From positions 1 through 17,606 of the forward strand of contig JACPCX010000049.1 in the NCBI GenBank assembly GCA_016184305.1: DNA of 17,606 nt. The letters are read 5' to 3'. The DNA comes from Candidatus Rokuibacteriota bacterium. Lineage in GTDB: Bacteria; Methylomirabilota; Methylomirabilia; Rokubacteriales; CSP1-6. Of this stretch, positions 1 to 8,089 are shown in pieces. Below the pieces are notes generated by a model. That model saw nothing but the letters and a program-made list of their open reading frames with translations. It searched no databases and was not told where the DNA came from. The position numbers and the translations under genes are program-made. The first letter of the stretch is position 1, and every line of letters begins with the position of its first letter.

Positions 1-2508
1 GCCCTCGAGCAGGCTCATGGCCAGCGGGTCCTGGACCATCCGCTGGATCGCGCGCTTCAGCGGGCGGGCGCCGTAGGTCGGATCGAAACCCTCCCGCGCG
101 AGCAGGTCCTCAGCCGCGGGCGTGAGATCGAGGGCGATGCGCCGGTCGGCCAGACGCTGGAGCAGGTGCCGCGTCTGGATGCCCACGATGGCCGCGATCT
201 CCCCGCGCCCCAGCGGACGGAAGACGACCACCTCGTCGATGCGGTTCAGGAACTCGGGCCGGAGCGTTTGCCGCAGCAGATCGAGGATCAGCGGGCGGAC
301 GCGCTCGGGCCGCTCCTCCTCGCGGAAGATGTGGCTGCCGAGGTTGGAGGTCATGATGACCACCGTGTTGCGGAAGTCCACGGTGCGGCCGTGGCCGTCG
401 GTGAGCCGGCCGTCGTCGAGCACCTGCAGGAGCACGTTGAACACATCCGCGTGGGCCTTCTCGATCTCGTCGAAGAGGACCACGGAGTAGGGGCGGCGGC
501 GCACGGCCTCGGTGAGCTGCCCGCCCTCGTCGTAGCCGACGTAGCCCGGGGGGGCGCCGATGAGCCGGGCCACCGCGTGCTTCTCCATGTACTCGGACAT
601 GTCGAGGCGGATGGTGGCGCGCTCGTCGTCGAAGAGGAACTCGGCGAGCGCCCGCGCCAGCTCGGTCTTCCCCACGCCCGTGGGTCCGAGGAAGAGGAAG
701 GAGCCGATGGGCCGGTTCGGGTCCGACAGTCCCGCGCGCGCCCGGCGCACGGCGTTGGACACGGCGATGATCGCCTCGGCCTGCCCGACAACTCGCTGGC
801 TCAGCCGCTGTTCCATCTTCACGAGCTTCTGGACCTCGGCCTCCAGGAGCCGCGAGACGGGGATGCCGGTCCACTTGGCCACGGTCTCGGCCACGTCCTC
901 CTCGTCCACCTCCTCCTTGAGCATCTTGCCGCCCTTGCGGATCTCGGCGAGCCGCACGTTCTCTCGCTCGAGGCGACGGTCGAGCTCGGGCAGTGTGCCG
1001 TAGCGGAGCTCCGCCGCCTTCTGGAGATCGCCGCGTCGCTGGGCATCCTCCATCTGGACCCGCGCGGCCTCGGCGTCCTCCTTGATCCGGCTGAGGGCCA
1101 TGATCGCGGACTTCTCGGCCTCCCACTGCGCCTTGAGCCCGGCGGACTTCTCCCTGAGCTCGGCGAGCTCGGCGTCGAGCCGGTGGAGCCGCTCGCGCGA
1201 CACCTCGTCGGACTCCCGCGCCACCGACACCCGCTCGATCCCGAGCTGCATGATCCGGCGCTCGATCTCGTCGATCTCGCTGGGCACGGAGTCGATCTCG
1301 ATGCGGAGCCGCGAGGCGGCCTCGTCCACCAGGTCGATGGCCTTGTCCGGCAGGAAGCGATCGGCGATGTAGCGGTGGGAGAGGACGGCCGCCGCCACCA
1401 GCGCCGAGTCCTTGATCTTCACCTTGTGGTGGACCTCGTACTTCTCCTTGAGTCCGCGGAGGATCGCGATGGTGTCCTCCACCGAGGGCTCGCGGACCAT
1501 CACGGGCTGGAAGCGGCGCTCCAGCGCCGGGTCCTTCTCGATGTGCTTGCGGTACTCGTCGAGGGTCGTGGCGCCGACACAGCGGAGCTCGCCGCGGGCC
1601 AGCGCCGGCTTGAGCATGTTGGCCGCATCCACGGCGCCTTCCGCGGCCCCCGCGCCGACCAGCGTGTGGAGCTCGTCGATGAAGCAGACGATCTGGCCCT
1701 CCGCCTCGGTGATCTCGCGGAGGACGGCCTTGAGGCGATCCTCGAACTCGCCCCGGTACTTCGCTCCGGCCACCATGCCGCCGATGTCGAGCCCCACCAG
1801 GCGCTTCCCCTTGAGCCCCTCGGGCACGTCCCCCGCCACGATGCGCTGGGCGAGTCCCTCCACGATGGCCGTCTTGCCCACGCCGGGCTCGCCGATGAGC
1901 ACGGGGTTGTTCTTGGTCCGCCTGGAGAGCACCTGGACGACCCGCCGGATCTCCTCGTCGCGCCCGATCACGGGGTCGAGCTTGCCCCGGCGCGCCAGCT
2001 CCGTGAGGTCCTTGGAATAGCGCTGGAGAGCCTGGTACTTCTCCTCGGGATTCACGTCGGTCACGCGCTGGGTGCCGCGCACGTCCACCAGCGCCCGGTA
2101 GATTGCCTCCGGTGTCACGCCCTGGCCCGCGAGGATGCGGGCGGCCGCGCCCGCCTTCTCCTGGGCGATGCCGATGAGCAGGTGCTCGGCGGAGCAGTAC
2201 TCGTCCTTGAGGCGCTGGGCCTCGTCCCAGGCGCTGTTCAGGACGGCTTCGAGCCGCGGGGAGATGTACTGGCGCCCGCCGCCACGCACCTTGGGGAGCT
2301 TGTCCAGCTCGGCCTGCACCTGGCGCCGGATGGCCTCGGCGTGGGCCCCCAGCTTGGCCAGGAGCGGGCCCACCACACCCTCCTGCTGCTGCATGAGGGT
2401 CAGCAGCAGATGCTCGGGCTCGAGCCCCTGATGGTTTCCCTGATCCGCGAGGGCCTGGGCGGCCTCGACCGCTTCGCGCGCTTTCACCGTCAGCTTGTCG
2501 AATCTCAT
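1..2508 (-). CDS. clpB: ATP-dependent disaggregase ClpB (3' end runs off the window; absent from the ORF track because its stop is outside the window)
   Basis: Manual translation from ATG at 2508: [35 protein letters not shown]. Also [15 protein letters not shown], Walker A motifs GEPGVGKT and GPTGVGKT, the middle domain, and [16 protein letters not shown] near the window edge. ATGA overlap with the dnaJ stop. Confidence 0.97.
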   Translation of the reverse strand, partial: MRFDKLTVKAREAVEAAQALADQGNHQGLEPEHLLLTLMQQQEGVVGPLLAKLGAHAEAIRRQVQAELDKLPKVRGGGRQYISPRLEAVLNSAWDEAQRLKDEYCSAEHLLIGIAQEKAGAAARILAGQGVTPEAIYRALVDVRGTQRVTDVNPEEKYQALQRYSKDLTELARRGKLDPVIGRDEEIRRVVQVLSRRTKNNPVLIGEPGVGKTAIVEGLAQRIVAGDVPEGLKGKRLVGLDIGGMVAGAKYRGEFEDRLKAVLREITEAEGQIVCFIDELHTLVGAGAAEGAVDAANMLKPALARGELRCVGATTLDEYRKHIEKDPALERRFQPVMVREPSVEDTIAILRGLKEKYEVHHKVKIKDSALVAAAVLSHRYIADRFLPDKAIDLVDEAASRLRIEIDSVPSEIDEIERRIMQLGIERVSVARESDEVSRERLHRLDAELAELREKSAGLKAQWEAEKSAIMALSRIKEDAEAARVQMEDAQRRGDLQKAAELRYGTLPELDRRLERENVRLAEIRKGGKMLKEEVDEEDVAETVAKWTGIPVSRLLEAEVQKLVKMEQRLSQRVVGQAEAIIAVSNAVRRARAGLSDPNRPIGSFLFLGPTGVGKTELARALAEFLFDDERATIRLDMSEYMEKHAVARLIGAPPGYVGYDEGGQLTEAVRRRPYSVVLFDEIEKAHADVFNVLLQVLDDGRLTDGHGRTVDFRNTVVIMTSNLGSHIFREEERPERVRPLILDLLRQTLRPEFLNRIDEVVVFRPLGRGEIAAIVGIQTRHLLQRLADRRIALDLTPAAEDLLAREGFDPTYGARPLKRAIQRMVQDPLAMSLLEG

Positions 2509-3461
2509 CTGGGCATCTCCGGACGGAGGAGCTTGAGCTCCATCAACAATTCCTTCTCCCGCGGGCCGAGCCCCGTGGGGACGGTCACCTGCACCCGCAC
2601 GTACTGGTCCCCGCCGCCGCCGCCCTTGAGATGGGGCATGCCGTAGCCCGGGAGGCGGAAGTTGCGCCCCCCCGACGTCTCGGGAGGGATCTTCATGGAC
2701 ACCTGGCCCTTGAGCGTGGGGACCTGCACCTCGGCGCCGAGCGCGGCATCCACGAAGGGCACCGGCAGGTCCACGTAGAGGTCGTCGCCCTTCCGCTCGA
2801 AGCGCTCGTGGGGTCGCACCGCCACGCGAAGGTACAGGTTTGCCCGCCTGCCGCCTGATCCGCGGGGGCCCTCGCCCGACACGCGGATGCGTGCGCCCGT
2901 GTCCACCCCCGCGGGAATCTTCACCTCGAGGTGCCGGCGACCCTTGGCCCACCCACTGCCGCGGCACTGGCCGCAGGGCCGGCGGTTCACGTGCCCGGCC
3001 CCGCCGCAGGCGCCGCAGGGCTCGTCGAGCTCCAGCGAGATCGTCTTCCGCGCCCCCTGGAAGGCCTCCTCGAGGGAGAGGTCGATGGCGGCCTCGGCGT
3101 CTCCGCCCCGCTCGGCTTCGAAGTCGCCGCCGAGATCGCCCAGGTCGGTGAACTCGAGGTCGCGGAGCCCCCCGCGCCGAGTATCCCGCACCCGGCCGCC
3201 GCCGCGCCCCAGGTCGCCGAAGATCGTCCGGAAGAAGTCGGAGACCTCCCGGGGGTCTCCGCCCTGCCGGAAGTGGACCTCGGCCCCCTCGGCAGGGGAG
3301 CCGGCGCCCGCGCCGGTCTCCGCGGAGCGATACCAGTCGGGGCCGAGTGTGTCGTAGCGCTTGCGTTTCCCGGGATCGGAGAGGACCTCGTAGGCCTCGT
3401 TGATCTCCTGGAAGCGCGCCGCCGACCCCTTGGAGACGTCGGGATGATGCTTGCGGGCCAT
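2505..3461 (-). CDS. dnaJ: DnaJ/CbpA-like J-domain co-chaperone, 5'-truncated (possible pseudogene)
   Basis: HPD motif, [15 protein letters not shown]-rich linker, two CxxCxGxG repeats, DnaJ C-terminal domain ([15 protein letters not shown]). Homology extends upstream to 3497 ([12 protein letters not shown]), then unrelated codons and an in-frame TGA. No DYYxxLGV helix I. Confidence 0.88.
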   Translation of the reverse strand: MARKHHPDVSKGSAARFQEINEAYEVLSDPGKRKRYDTLGPDWYRSAETGAGAGSPAEGAEVHFRQGGDPREVSDFFRTIFGDLGRGGGRVRDTRRGGLRDLEFTDLGDLGGDFEAERGGDAEAAIDLSLEEAFQGARKTISLELDEPCGACGGAGHVNRRPCGQCRGSGWAKGRRHLEVKIPAGVDTGARIRVSGEGPRGSGGRRANLYLRVAVRPHERFERKGDDLYVDLPVPFVDAALGAEVQVPTLKGQVSMKIPPETSGGRNFRLPGYGMPHLKGGGGGDQYVRVQVTVPTGLGPREKELLMELKLLRPEMPR

Positions 3462-3536
3462 CCGGCGATAGGCGGTCTTGATCGCCTTGTCGTCCGCCCT
3501 GGCCCGTGCGGCCCAGGCGGACGCCGCTTCGTGTCA

Positions 3537-3545
3537 ATTCTAGCA
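3537..3545 (-). promoter_or_regulatory. Putative extended -10 element (TGcTAGAAT) upstream of dnaJ-clpB
   Basis: TAGAAT at 3542-3537 is preceded by TGn. The hexamer is conserved in the duplicate copy at 8057-8052 while nearby bases differ. Confidence 0.45.
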
Positions 3546-3574
3546 GATGGATGGGCGCCCCGGCAGGGGAGCGG

Positions 3575-3803
3575 CTACGTCCTGGCGCGGATGGAGCCCA
3601 TGGACGAGGCATGGGCGCATTCCCGTCCCTCGCGGTCGTGGAGCACGGCCTCGAGGAAGACGACGGACCGCTCCCGCTCGATGACGCTGCCCTCGCCCAG
3701 CACGGGGCCCGCCGTCACAGGGGCGAGAAAGCTCACGGCGAGCGAGGAGGTGGACAGCCTCTGGCCGGGCTCGAACCGGGTGTGGGCGGCCAGCGCCATG
3801 CAC
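3575..3803 (-). pseudogene. 3' half duplicate of the PaaI thioesterase gene
   Basis: [38 protein letters not shown]...SIRART* aligns to 8090-8318 with scattered substitutions. The 5' half is missing. Confidence 0.9.
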
Positions 3804-4089
3804 ACCTGCTTGGTGTCGAAGTCGGTGATGATGTCGCCCGCCGCGATCCCGGCCGTCTCGGCGGGGCTGTCCTGGACCAAGTCGGAGATCAGCACCCCCT
3901 TGGCCTCGCGCAGGCCGAAGCTCTTCGCCAGCTCGGGCGTGAGGGCTGGATGGACACGCCGAGCCAGCCCCGCGTCACCTTGCTCTTGGCCACCAGCTCC
4001 GTGTAGATGCGCCGGGCCATGTTCGCCGGGATGGCGAAGCCGATGCCGACGTTGCCGCCGGAGCGGGACAGGATGGCGCTGTTGATCCC
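3804..4089 (-). pseudogene. Internal degP fragment A (end of protease domain and PDZ1)
   Basis: Aligns to about 8971-9257 with roughly 11 differences by eye, including a 1 bp deletion near 3943. Confidence 0.92.
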
Positions 4090-4092
4090 GGC

Positions 4093-4269
4093 GGAGCGCG
4101 GGCCCGGCAGGGTTGACGGAGGCCGTCACTGGCTGAGCGGCGTGTCGGCCAGGCTGACTGGGCCTGCGGTTCCCGGGCGAGGCGGGCGCCTCCCCGCCGA
4201 GCCGGGGCATTCCCTGACGGGGCCGGCAGCCGGCGCGCCGGGAAGAGGGCCTTCATCCCGCCCATGCTC
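4093..4269. repeat. ~178 bp repeated segment of unknown nature, copy 1
   Basis: Direct repeat of 7050-7226 with about 7 substitutions and no indels. Not part of intact degP. Confidence 0.9.
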
Positions 4270-4293
4270 AACGCGGGACGTACTACGAGCGCG

Positions 4294-5472
4294 TCAAATC
4301 GTGCCCCGCTCGCGCAGGGCTTGAATGTGCTGGCTATTCATCCCCAAGACCTCGCCGTAGATGGCCTCGTTGTGCTCGCCGAGGCGCGGGGGAAATGGCA
4401 GCTCCGCCCGGCCCTCGTCGCTCACCTCGGCCAGCGGCGGCAGAACGACCTCCGTGCCGCTTCGAGCGTCCTTCACGCGAGTGAACGCCTTCTTCAGCAG
4501 CGGCTCCTCGAGCACATCGTTCAGCGAATTCAGCTTCGCCACGGGGACACCGATGCGGTTCAGAGCCGCCAGCAACTCGATGGTTGTCAGCTGTCGCGTG
4601 CAGTCGGCGATGCGCGCGTTGAGGCGGCCCACGTCGGCGATGCGGCCCGCGTTGCGTTGATACTCCGGCTCGGCCAGGGACTCGAAGCCGGGCAGCCTGG
4701 TGACCGCTTCCCACTGCCGGTCGTTGCCGACCGTGACGTACACGTATCCATCGCGGGTCGGGTACACCGACACCGGCGCGAAGAACTGGTGCGTGTTACC
4801 CCGCCGCGTTACCTTCTCGCCGAGCGCCACGAGCATCAGCGGGCTTGCCATCCAGGTCGCCGCCGAGCGGAACATTGACACGTCAATGCGCGATCCCTCA
4901 CCCGTGACTGCGCGCTTGTACAGCGCCTTCATCACCGCCCCGTACGCATGTTCCGCCGCGCCGAGATCAACCATCGGCAGCCCGAACACGAGCGGCGTCC
5001 CGTCGGGCTCACCCGTCAGCTCCATCCACCCCGCTCGCGCCTGCAGAACCGGATCGTACGCGGCCTCGTCATGCTCGGGTCCAAAGCCCGACACGCCCAC
5101 CCAGATGAGATCGGGGCGAATGGCCTTCAATGATTCGTACTCGATGCCGAGCTTGGCATAGCTGGAGACGCGGGTGTTGGTGGCAAACATGTCGACAGGG
5201 AGCCGAGCAATCAGCTCATGCAAGAGCGCGCGGCCTTCCGCTTCCGCAAGATTCAGCGTGATCGCCTGCTTGCCGCAGTTGTTCGGCAGGAAGTAGCTCG
5301 CCATCCCGTCTTCGCCGAGACATTTCCGCCCGACGTGACGGTTGGGGTCGCCTCGCCCGGGGGCCTCCACGCGAATCACGCGCGCCCCATCACGGGCGAG
5401 GCGCTGCGTGAGGAATGGCAGAGTCGTGGCCTGCTCGAGCGAGAGGACGGTGAGGTTGGAAAGAAGAGGCAT
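4294..5472 (-). CDS. Class III CoA-transferase (CaiB/BaiF family)
   Basis: 392 aa. GARVIRVEAPGRGDPNR, NCGKQAITLNL, LGIEYESLKAIRPDLIWVGVSGFG, YD motif carrying the catalytic Asp, PPRLGEHNEAI. Confidence 0.93.
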   Translation of the reverse strand: MPLLSNLTVLSLEQATTLPFLTQRLARDGARVIRVEAPGRGDPNRHVGRKCLGEDGMASYFLPNNCGKQAITLNLAEAEGRALLHELIARLPVDMFATNTRVSSYAKLGIEYESLKAIRPDLIWVGVSGFGPEHDEAAYDPVLQARAGWMELTGEPDGTPLVFGLPMVDLGAAEHAYGAVMKALYKRAVTGEGSRIDVSMFRSAATWMASPLMLVALGEKVTRRGNTHQFFAPVSVYPTRDGYVYVTVGNDRQWEAVTRLPGFESLAEPEYQRNAGRIADVGRLNARIADCTRQLTTIELLAALNRIGVPVAKLNSLNDVLEEPLLKKAFTRVKDARSGTEVVLPPLAEVSDEGRAELPFPPRLGEHNEAIYGEVLGMNSQHIQALRERGTI

Positions 5473-5479
5473 GGCGCGG

Positions 5480-5617
5480 CTATTCGTTGCTCATCACCGG
5501 CCAGCGCAGTTCCTTGCCGTTCAGCACCGCCGGCACTTGCGGCGCATGGCAACACAAAGCGCCGTCTCGGTCATGGCGGGCCCTTGGTGCCACGGCGTGG
5601 ATGACGCGGGCGAGCAT
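5480..5617 (-). other. 45 aa ORF, probably a chimera of one gene's 5' end and another gene's 3' end
   Basis: MLARVIHAVAPRARHDRDGALCCHAPQVPAVLNGKELRWPVMSNE*. The stop is 7 bp before the CoA-transferase ATG and the start is just downstream of a promoter-like motif. Confidence 0.35.
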
Positions 5618-5626
5618 CGCGCGCCA

Positions 5627-5655
5627 ATCCTGCCATAGCGCGTGGGAGAGGTCAA
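5627..5655 (-). promoter_or_regulatory. Putative sigma70 promoter TTGACC-N17-CAGGAT
   Basis: -35 at 5655-5650, 17 nt spacer ending in TGn, -10 at 5632-5627. Points towards the CoA-transferase. Confidence 0.45.
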
Positions 5656-5818
5656 ACCGCAGCCTCGACGCGGAGGGCAGGGGGCCGCGGGCCGTCCCAC
5701 GCACCAGGGAGGCCTTCGCCCGCCGCCGAGCCCTTTCGCGCGCGCGCCGGCCGGGTAGTGCCCTGATGTGATTTCGGTGGGGGGAAATCCGGCCGAGGCC
5801 AACCGCCCCGCCCCTTGC

Positions 5819-5949
5819 CTCCTGAAGGCTGCGCTGTCTCCGCACTTCGCGTGCTACACCTTCGTCACGGGGCAACGGAGCCTGCTGTCACAACCGCGAG
5901 GGCGGCGGGGGTCACCGGCCGAGTGTGGGACTTGCGGGAAGCGCTCGCG
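5819..5949 (+). mobile_element. Degenerate C-terminal relic of an IS1-family-like transposase
   Basis: Two frames joined read LKAALSPHFACYTFVTGQRSL / VTTARAAGVTGRVWDLREAL, resembling the recalled pattern AAxALHFAxYNFCRxHxSLRVTPAMAAGVTDxVWxLxELL. Confidence 0.6.
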
Positions 5950-5951
5950 CG

Positions 5952-6108
5952 CACACCCTCTCCCAAGCCGATAACCTCGACGTGCTCCGCGGCCACGTCA
6001 AGGGCGAGGCGGTCGATCTCGCCTACCTCGACCCGCCACTACAGGAGCAATCGGGAGTACAAGGTCCTCTTCCGGGAGCAGAGCGGGAGCAAGTCCGCAT
6101 CGCGGATC
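5952..6108 (+). pseudogene. N-terminal relic of an N6-A/N4-C DNA methyltransferase (beta-class layout), frameshifted in motif IV
   Basis: HTLSQADNLDVLRGHVKGEAVDLAYLDPP, one extra base at about 6039, then YRSNREYKVLFREQSGSKSASRI. Resembles the pattern GDNLxxLRxxxxDESVDLxYLDPP(F/Y)xSNxxYNVLF. Confidence 0.75.
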
Positions 6109-6116
6109 TCGCCACC

Positions 6117-6144
6117 GGCGCATGAGCGGCGGCGCATGAGCGGC
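6117..6144. repeat. Exact 14 bp tandem duplication (GGCGCATGAGCGGC x2)
   Basis: Read directly. It sits at the end of the methyltransferase relic. Confidence 0.9.
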
Positions 6145-6215
6145 ATGAAGCACCCATCTCGGTCCTGGCGGGTCCGTGGTGCCAGAGCCACTTTCCTCCA
6201 CCGGCCGTGACAGAG

Positions 6216-6296
6216 GGGCCGCGACTCCAGCCCCAGCAGGCTCTTGCCGCGGGTATTGGCCTTGAGGGCGACGGTATCGTCCGGCGTGTCGTCGAT
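6216..6296 (-). pseudogene. degP fragment C (PDZ1-PDZ2 linker)
   Basis: DTPDDTVALKANTRGKSLLGLESRP versus intact DTPDDTVALKSNNRGKNMLGLELRP (about 8785-8865). Confidence 0.88.
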
Positions 6297-6386
6297 GATC
6301 GTTTCGGCGTTCGGCTCGTCCTGCTTGGAGGCGTCATCTTCCTGAAGTTCGTCGAGTTCCTGCAGGTCATCACGGGGCGAGAGCAT
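6297..6386 (-). pseudogene. 5' fragment of an unknown gene with an acidic N-terminus, fused in frame to degP fragment C
   Basis: GGAGG 9 nt upstream of the ATG at 6386. MLSPRDDLQELDELQEDDASKQDEPNAETI continues directly into degP-derived codons. Confidence 0.45.
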
Positions 6387-6537
6387 GTCTCGCTACCTCC
6401 GATTAGCAGGTTCACCTCGGTGGCGCCGCTCGGCGCCGCGGCGTCGACCAGCCCGCCACAGCCTCCAGGGTCGCGAGGACCTCGTCGAAGCGCTCGCGGA
6501 GGTCGCTCAGCACGTGATCGCCGTCGACGCGTCGGAG

Positions 6538-6770
6538 TTAGTGGATCGCGACCAGGGCCTTCTTGGCTTTCAAGGGCAGCTCGACGGGAACGAACCACCC
6601 TCGGGGGTACAGGTAATCTTCGCCCGATTCGTCAAGGACGCGGATGTCAGACAGCCTGTCGTTGCGCTTCGGCTTCACGACGCGATAAATCTTGCCGACG
6701 ATGAGGTCGGCATCGTACTCGCCGTTGTGGATGCACACCGCGAACTCCCCCGACCTGCCGCTCGGGGATC
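6538..6770 (-). pseudogene. Small conserved hypothetical protein lacking its start codon
   Basis: EFAVCIHNGEYDADLIVGKIYRVV...IRVLDESGEDYLYPRGWFVPVELP...* resembles a widespread ~70 aa 'DESGEDYLYP' family (recalled). The 5' end abuts degP fragment B. Confidence 0.65.
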
Positions 6771-6772
6771 GC

Positions 6773-7046
6773 CGAAGTCGGTGTTGATGTTGCCCGCCGC
6801 GATCCCGGCCTTCTCGGCGGGGCTGTCGTGGACCACGTCGGAGATCAGCACCCTCTCGGCCTCGCGCAGGCCGAAGCTCGTCGCCAGCTCGGGCGTGAGC
6901 GGCTGGATGGACACGCCGAGCGAGCCCCGCGTCAGCTTGCCCTTGGCCACCGGCTTGGTGTCGATGCGCCGGGCCATGTTCGCCGGGATGGAGAAGCCGA
7001 TGCCGGCGTTGCCCCCGGAGCGGGACAGGATGGCGCTGTTGATGCC
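6773..7046 (-). pseudogene. Internal degP fragment B
   Basis: GINSAILSRSGGNAGIGFSIPANMARRI...AEKAGIAAGNINTDF aligns to about 8985-9258 with roughly 17 substitutions by eye. Confidence 0.92.
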
Positions 7047-7049
7047 GCC

Positions 7050-7227
7050 GGAGCGTGGGCCCGGGAGGGTTGGCGGAGGCCGTCCCTGGCTGAGCGGCGT
7101 GTCGGCCAGGCTGACTGGGCCCGCGGTTCCCGGGCGAGGCGGGCGCCTCCCCGCCGAGCCGGGGCATTCCCTGACGGGGCCGGCAGCCGGCGCGCCGGGA
7201 AGAGGGCCTTTATCCCGCCTATGCTCC
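7050..7227. repeat. ~178 bp repeated segment, copy 2, with self-complementary ends
   Basis: Begins GGAGCGTGGGC (7050-7060) and ends GCCTATGCTCC (7217-7227). Direct repeat of 4093-4269. Confidence 0.9.
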
Positions 7228-7620
7228 CAGGCTGGCGGCGAGACCCTCAGCAACAGGGTCGCCAGTGACGGCGAAGATGATAGGGATCGTGCTGGTCGCC
7301 TGCTTGCCGGCCAGAAGGGCTGGCGAGGGTCCGGTAACGATGGTGTCCGCCTTCAGGCGCACAAGCTCGGCGGCGAGCGCAGGCAGGCGCTCGTGCCGGC
7401 CATCTGCGAATCGGTACTCGATCGCGATGGACTGACCTTCCACATGGCCCAGCTCTCGCAGTCCTCGCCGGAAGGCCTCGAGGCGCAGGTCGTCGGTGGG
7501 CGGGAAGGGCGCGAGGAAACCGATCCGGGGGCCCTTCACCGGCGCCTGAGCTTCGGCCGCGAGCGGCACGGCGAGGAGGAAGACGGCCAGCGTGCCGATG
7601 AATGTCCGCCGATCCATCAC
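7219..7620 (-). pseudogene. ABC transporter substrate-binding protein, 3'-truncated (N-terminal ~130 aa only)
   Basis: Signal peptide MDRRTF...AAEAQ, RIGFL, GHVEGQSIAIEYRFADGRHERLPALAAELV, ATSTIPIIF, DPVAEGLAASL. It breaks where the family continues ARPGGN, at the edge of the 178 bp repeat. Confidence 0.85.
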
Positions 7621-7763
7621 TGAATCACTTCATCCGCCCGCCCCAGCAGCGACTGCGGGATCGTCAACCCGAGCGTCTTGGCCGTCTTGACGTTTAAGAG
7701 GAGGTAGTATCTTGTTGGCTGCTCCACCGGCAGCTCTCCTGGCTTCGCTCCTTTGAGAATCCG
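7617..7763 (-). pseudogene. C-terminal fragment of a second ABC substrate-binding protein of the same family
   Basis: Manual translation [48 protein letters not shown]. The stop overlaps the next start. Confidence 0.88.
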
Positions 7764-8046
7764 GAGGTCGATGGCGGCCTCCGCGTCTCCGCCCCGCTCG
7801 GCTTCGAGGTTGCCGCCGACATCGCCCAGGTCGGTGAACTCGAGGTCGCCGAGCCTCCCGCGCCGGTCTCCGAGGAGCGATGCCGGTCGGGGCCGAGGGT
7901 GTTGTAGGGCTTGCGCTTCGCGGGATGGGAGAGGACTTCGTAGGTCTCGTTGATCTCCTGGAAGCGCGCCGCCGACCCCTTGGAGACGTCGGGATGATGC
8001 TTGCGGGCCATCCGGCGATAGGCGGTCTTGATCGCCTTGTCGTCCG
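7764..8046 (-). pseudogene. Duplicate dnaJ 5' fragment with an internal 136 bp deletion
   Basis: Aligns to about 3078-3496. It lacks the segment between the CCCGCGCCG repeats at 3171-3179 and 3307-3315 and is truncated after AAIDL. Confidence 0.92.
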
Positions 8047-8089
8047 TGTCGATTCTAGCCCGTGGATGGGCGCGCAGGCGGGGGAGCGA

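Noticed and set aside
166..2646. 826 aa + strand ORF, and other long antisense or alternate-frame ORFs (e.g. 8090-9922 upstream part, 12836-14299, 15299-16348)
   Set aside because: Shadow ORFs of GC-rich genes. They mirror clpB, degP, PAC2 and the synthase and have no independent motifs.
3575..4210. 211 aa ORF, and the similar 6538-7167 and 6675-7253 ORFs, as novel fusion proteins
   Set aside because: They are read-throughs across chimeric junctions, partly out of frame with degP, and lack convincing starts.
4093..4269. Cobalamin riboswitch, SRP RNA, RNase P RNA or tmRNA identity for the repeat
   Set aside because: I could not find their hallmark motifs on either strand by eye. An Rfam search is still needed.
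5845..5875. LRVLHLRHGA resembling a ParE/RelE toxin C-terminus
   Set aside because: The overlapping frame fits the longer IS1-like transposase pattern better.
3500..8050. Integron cassette array or diversity-generating retroelement as the source of the patchwork
   Set aside because: No attC-like RYYYAAC/GTTRRRY pairs at the boundaries, the pieces are partial genes, no integrase or reverse transcriptase is present, and substitutions are not adenine-specific.
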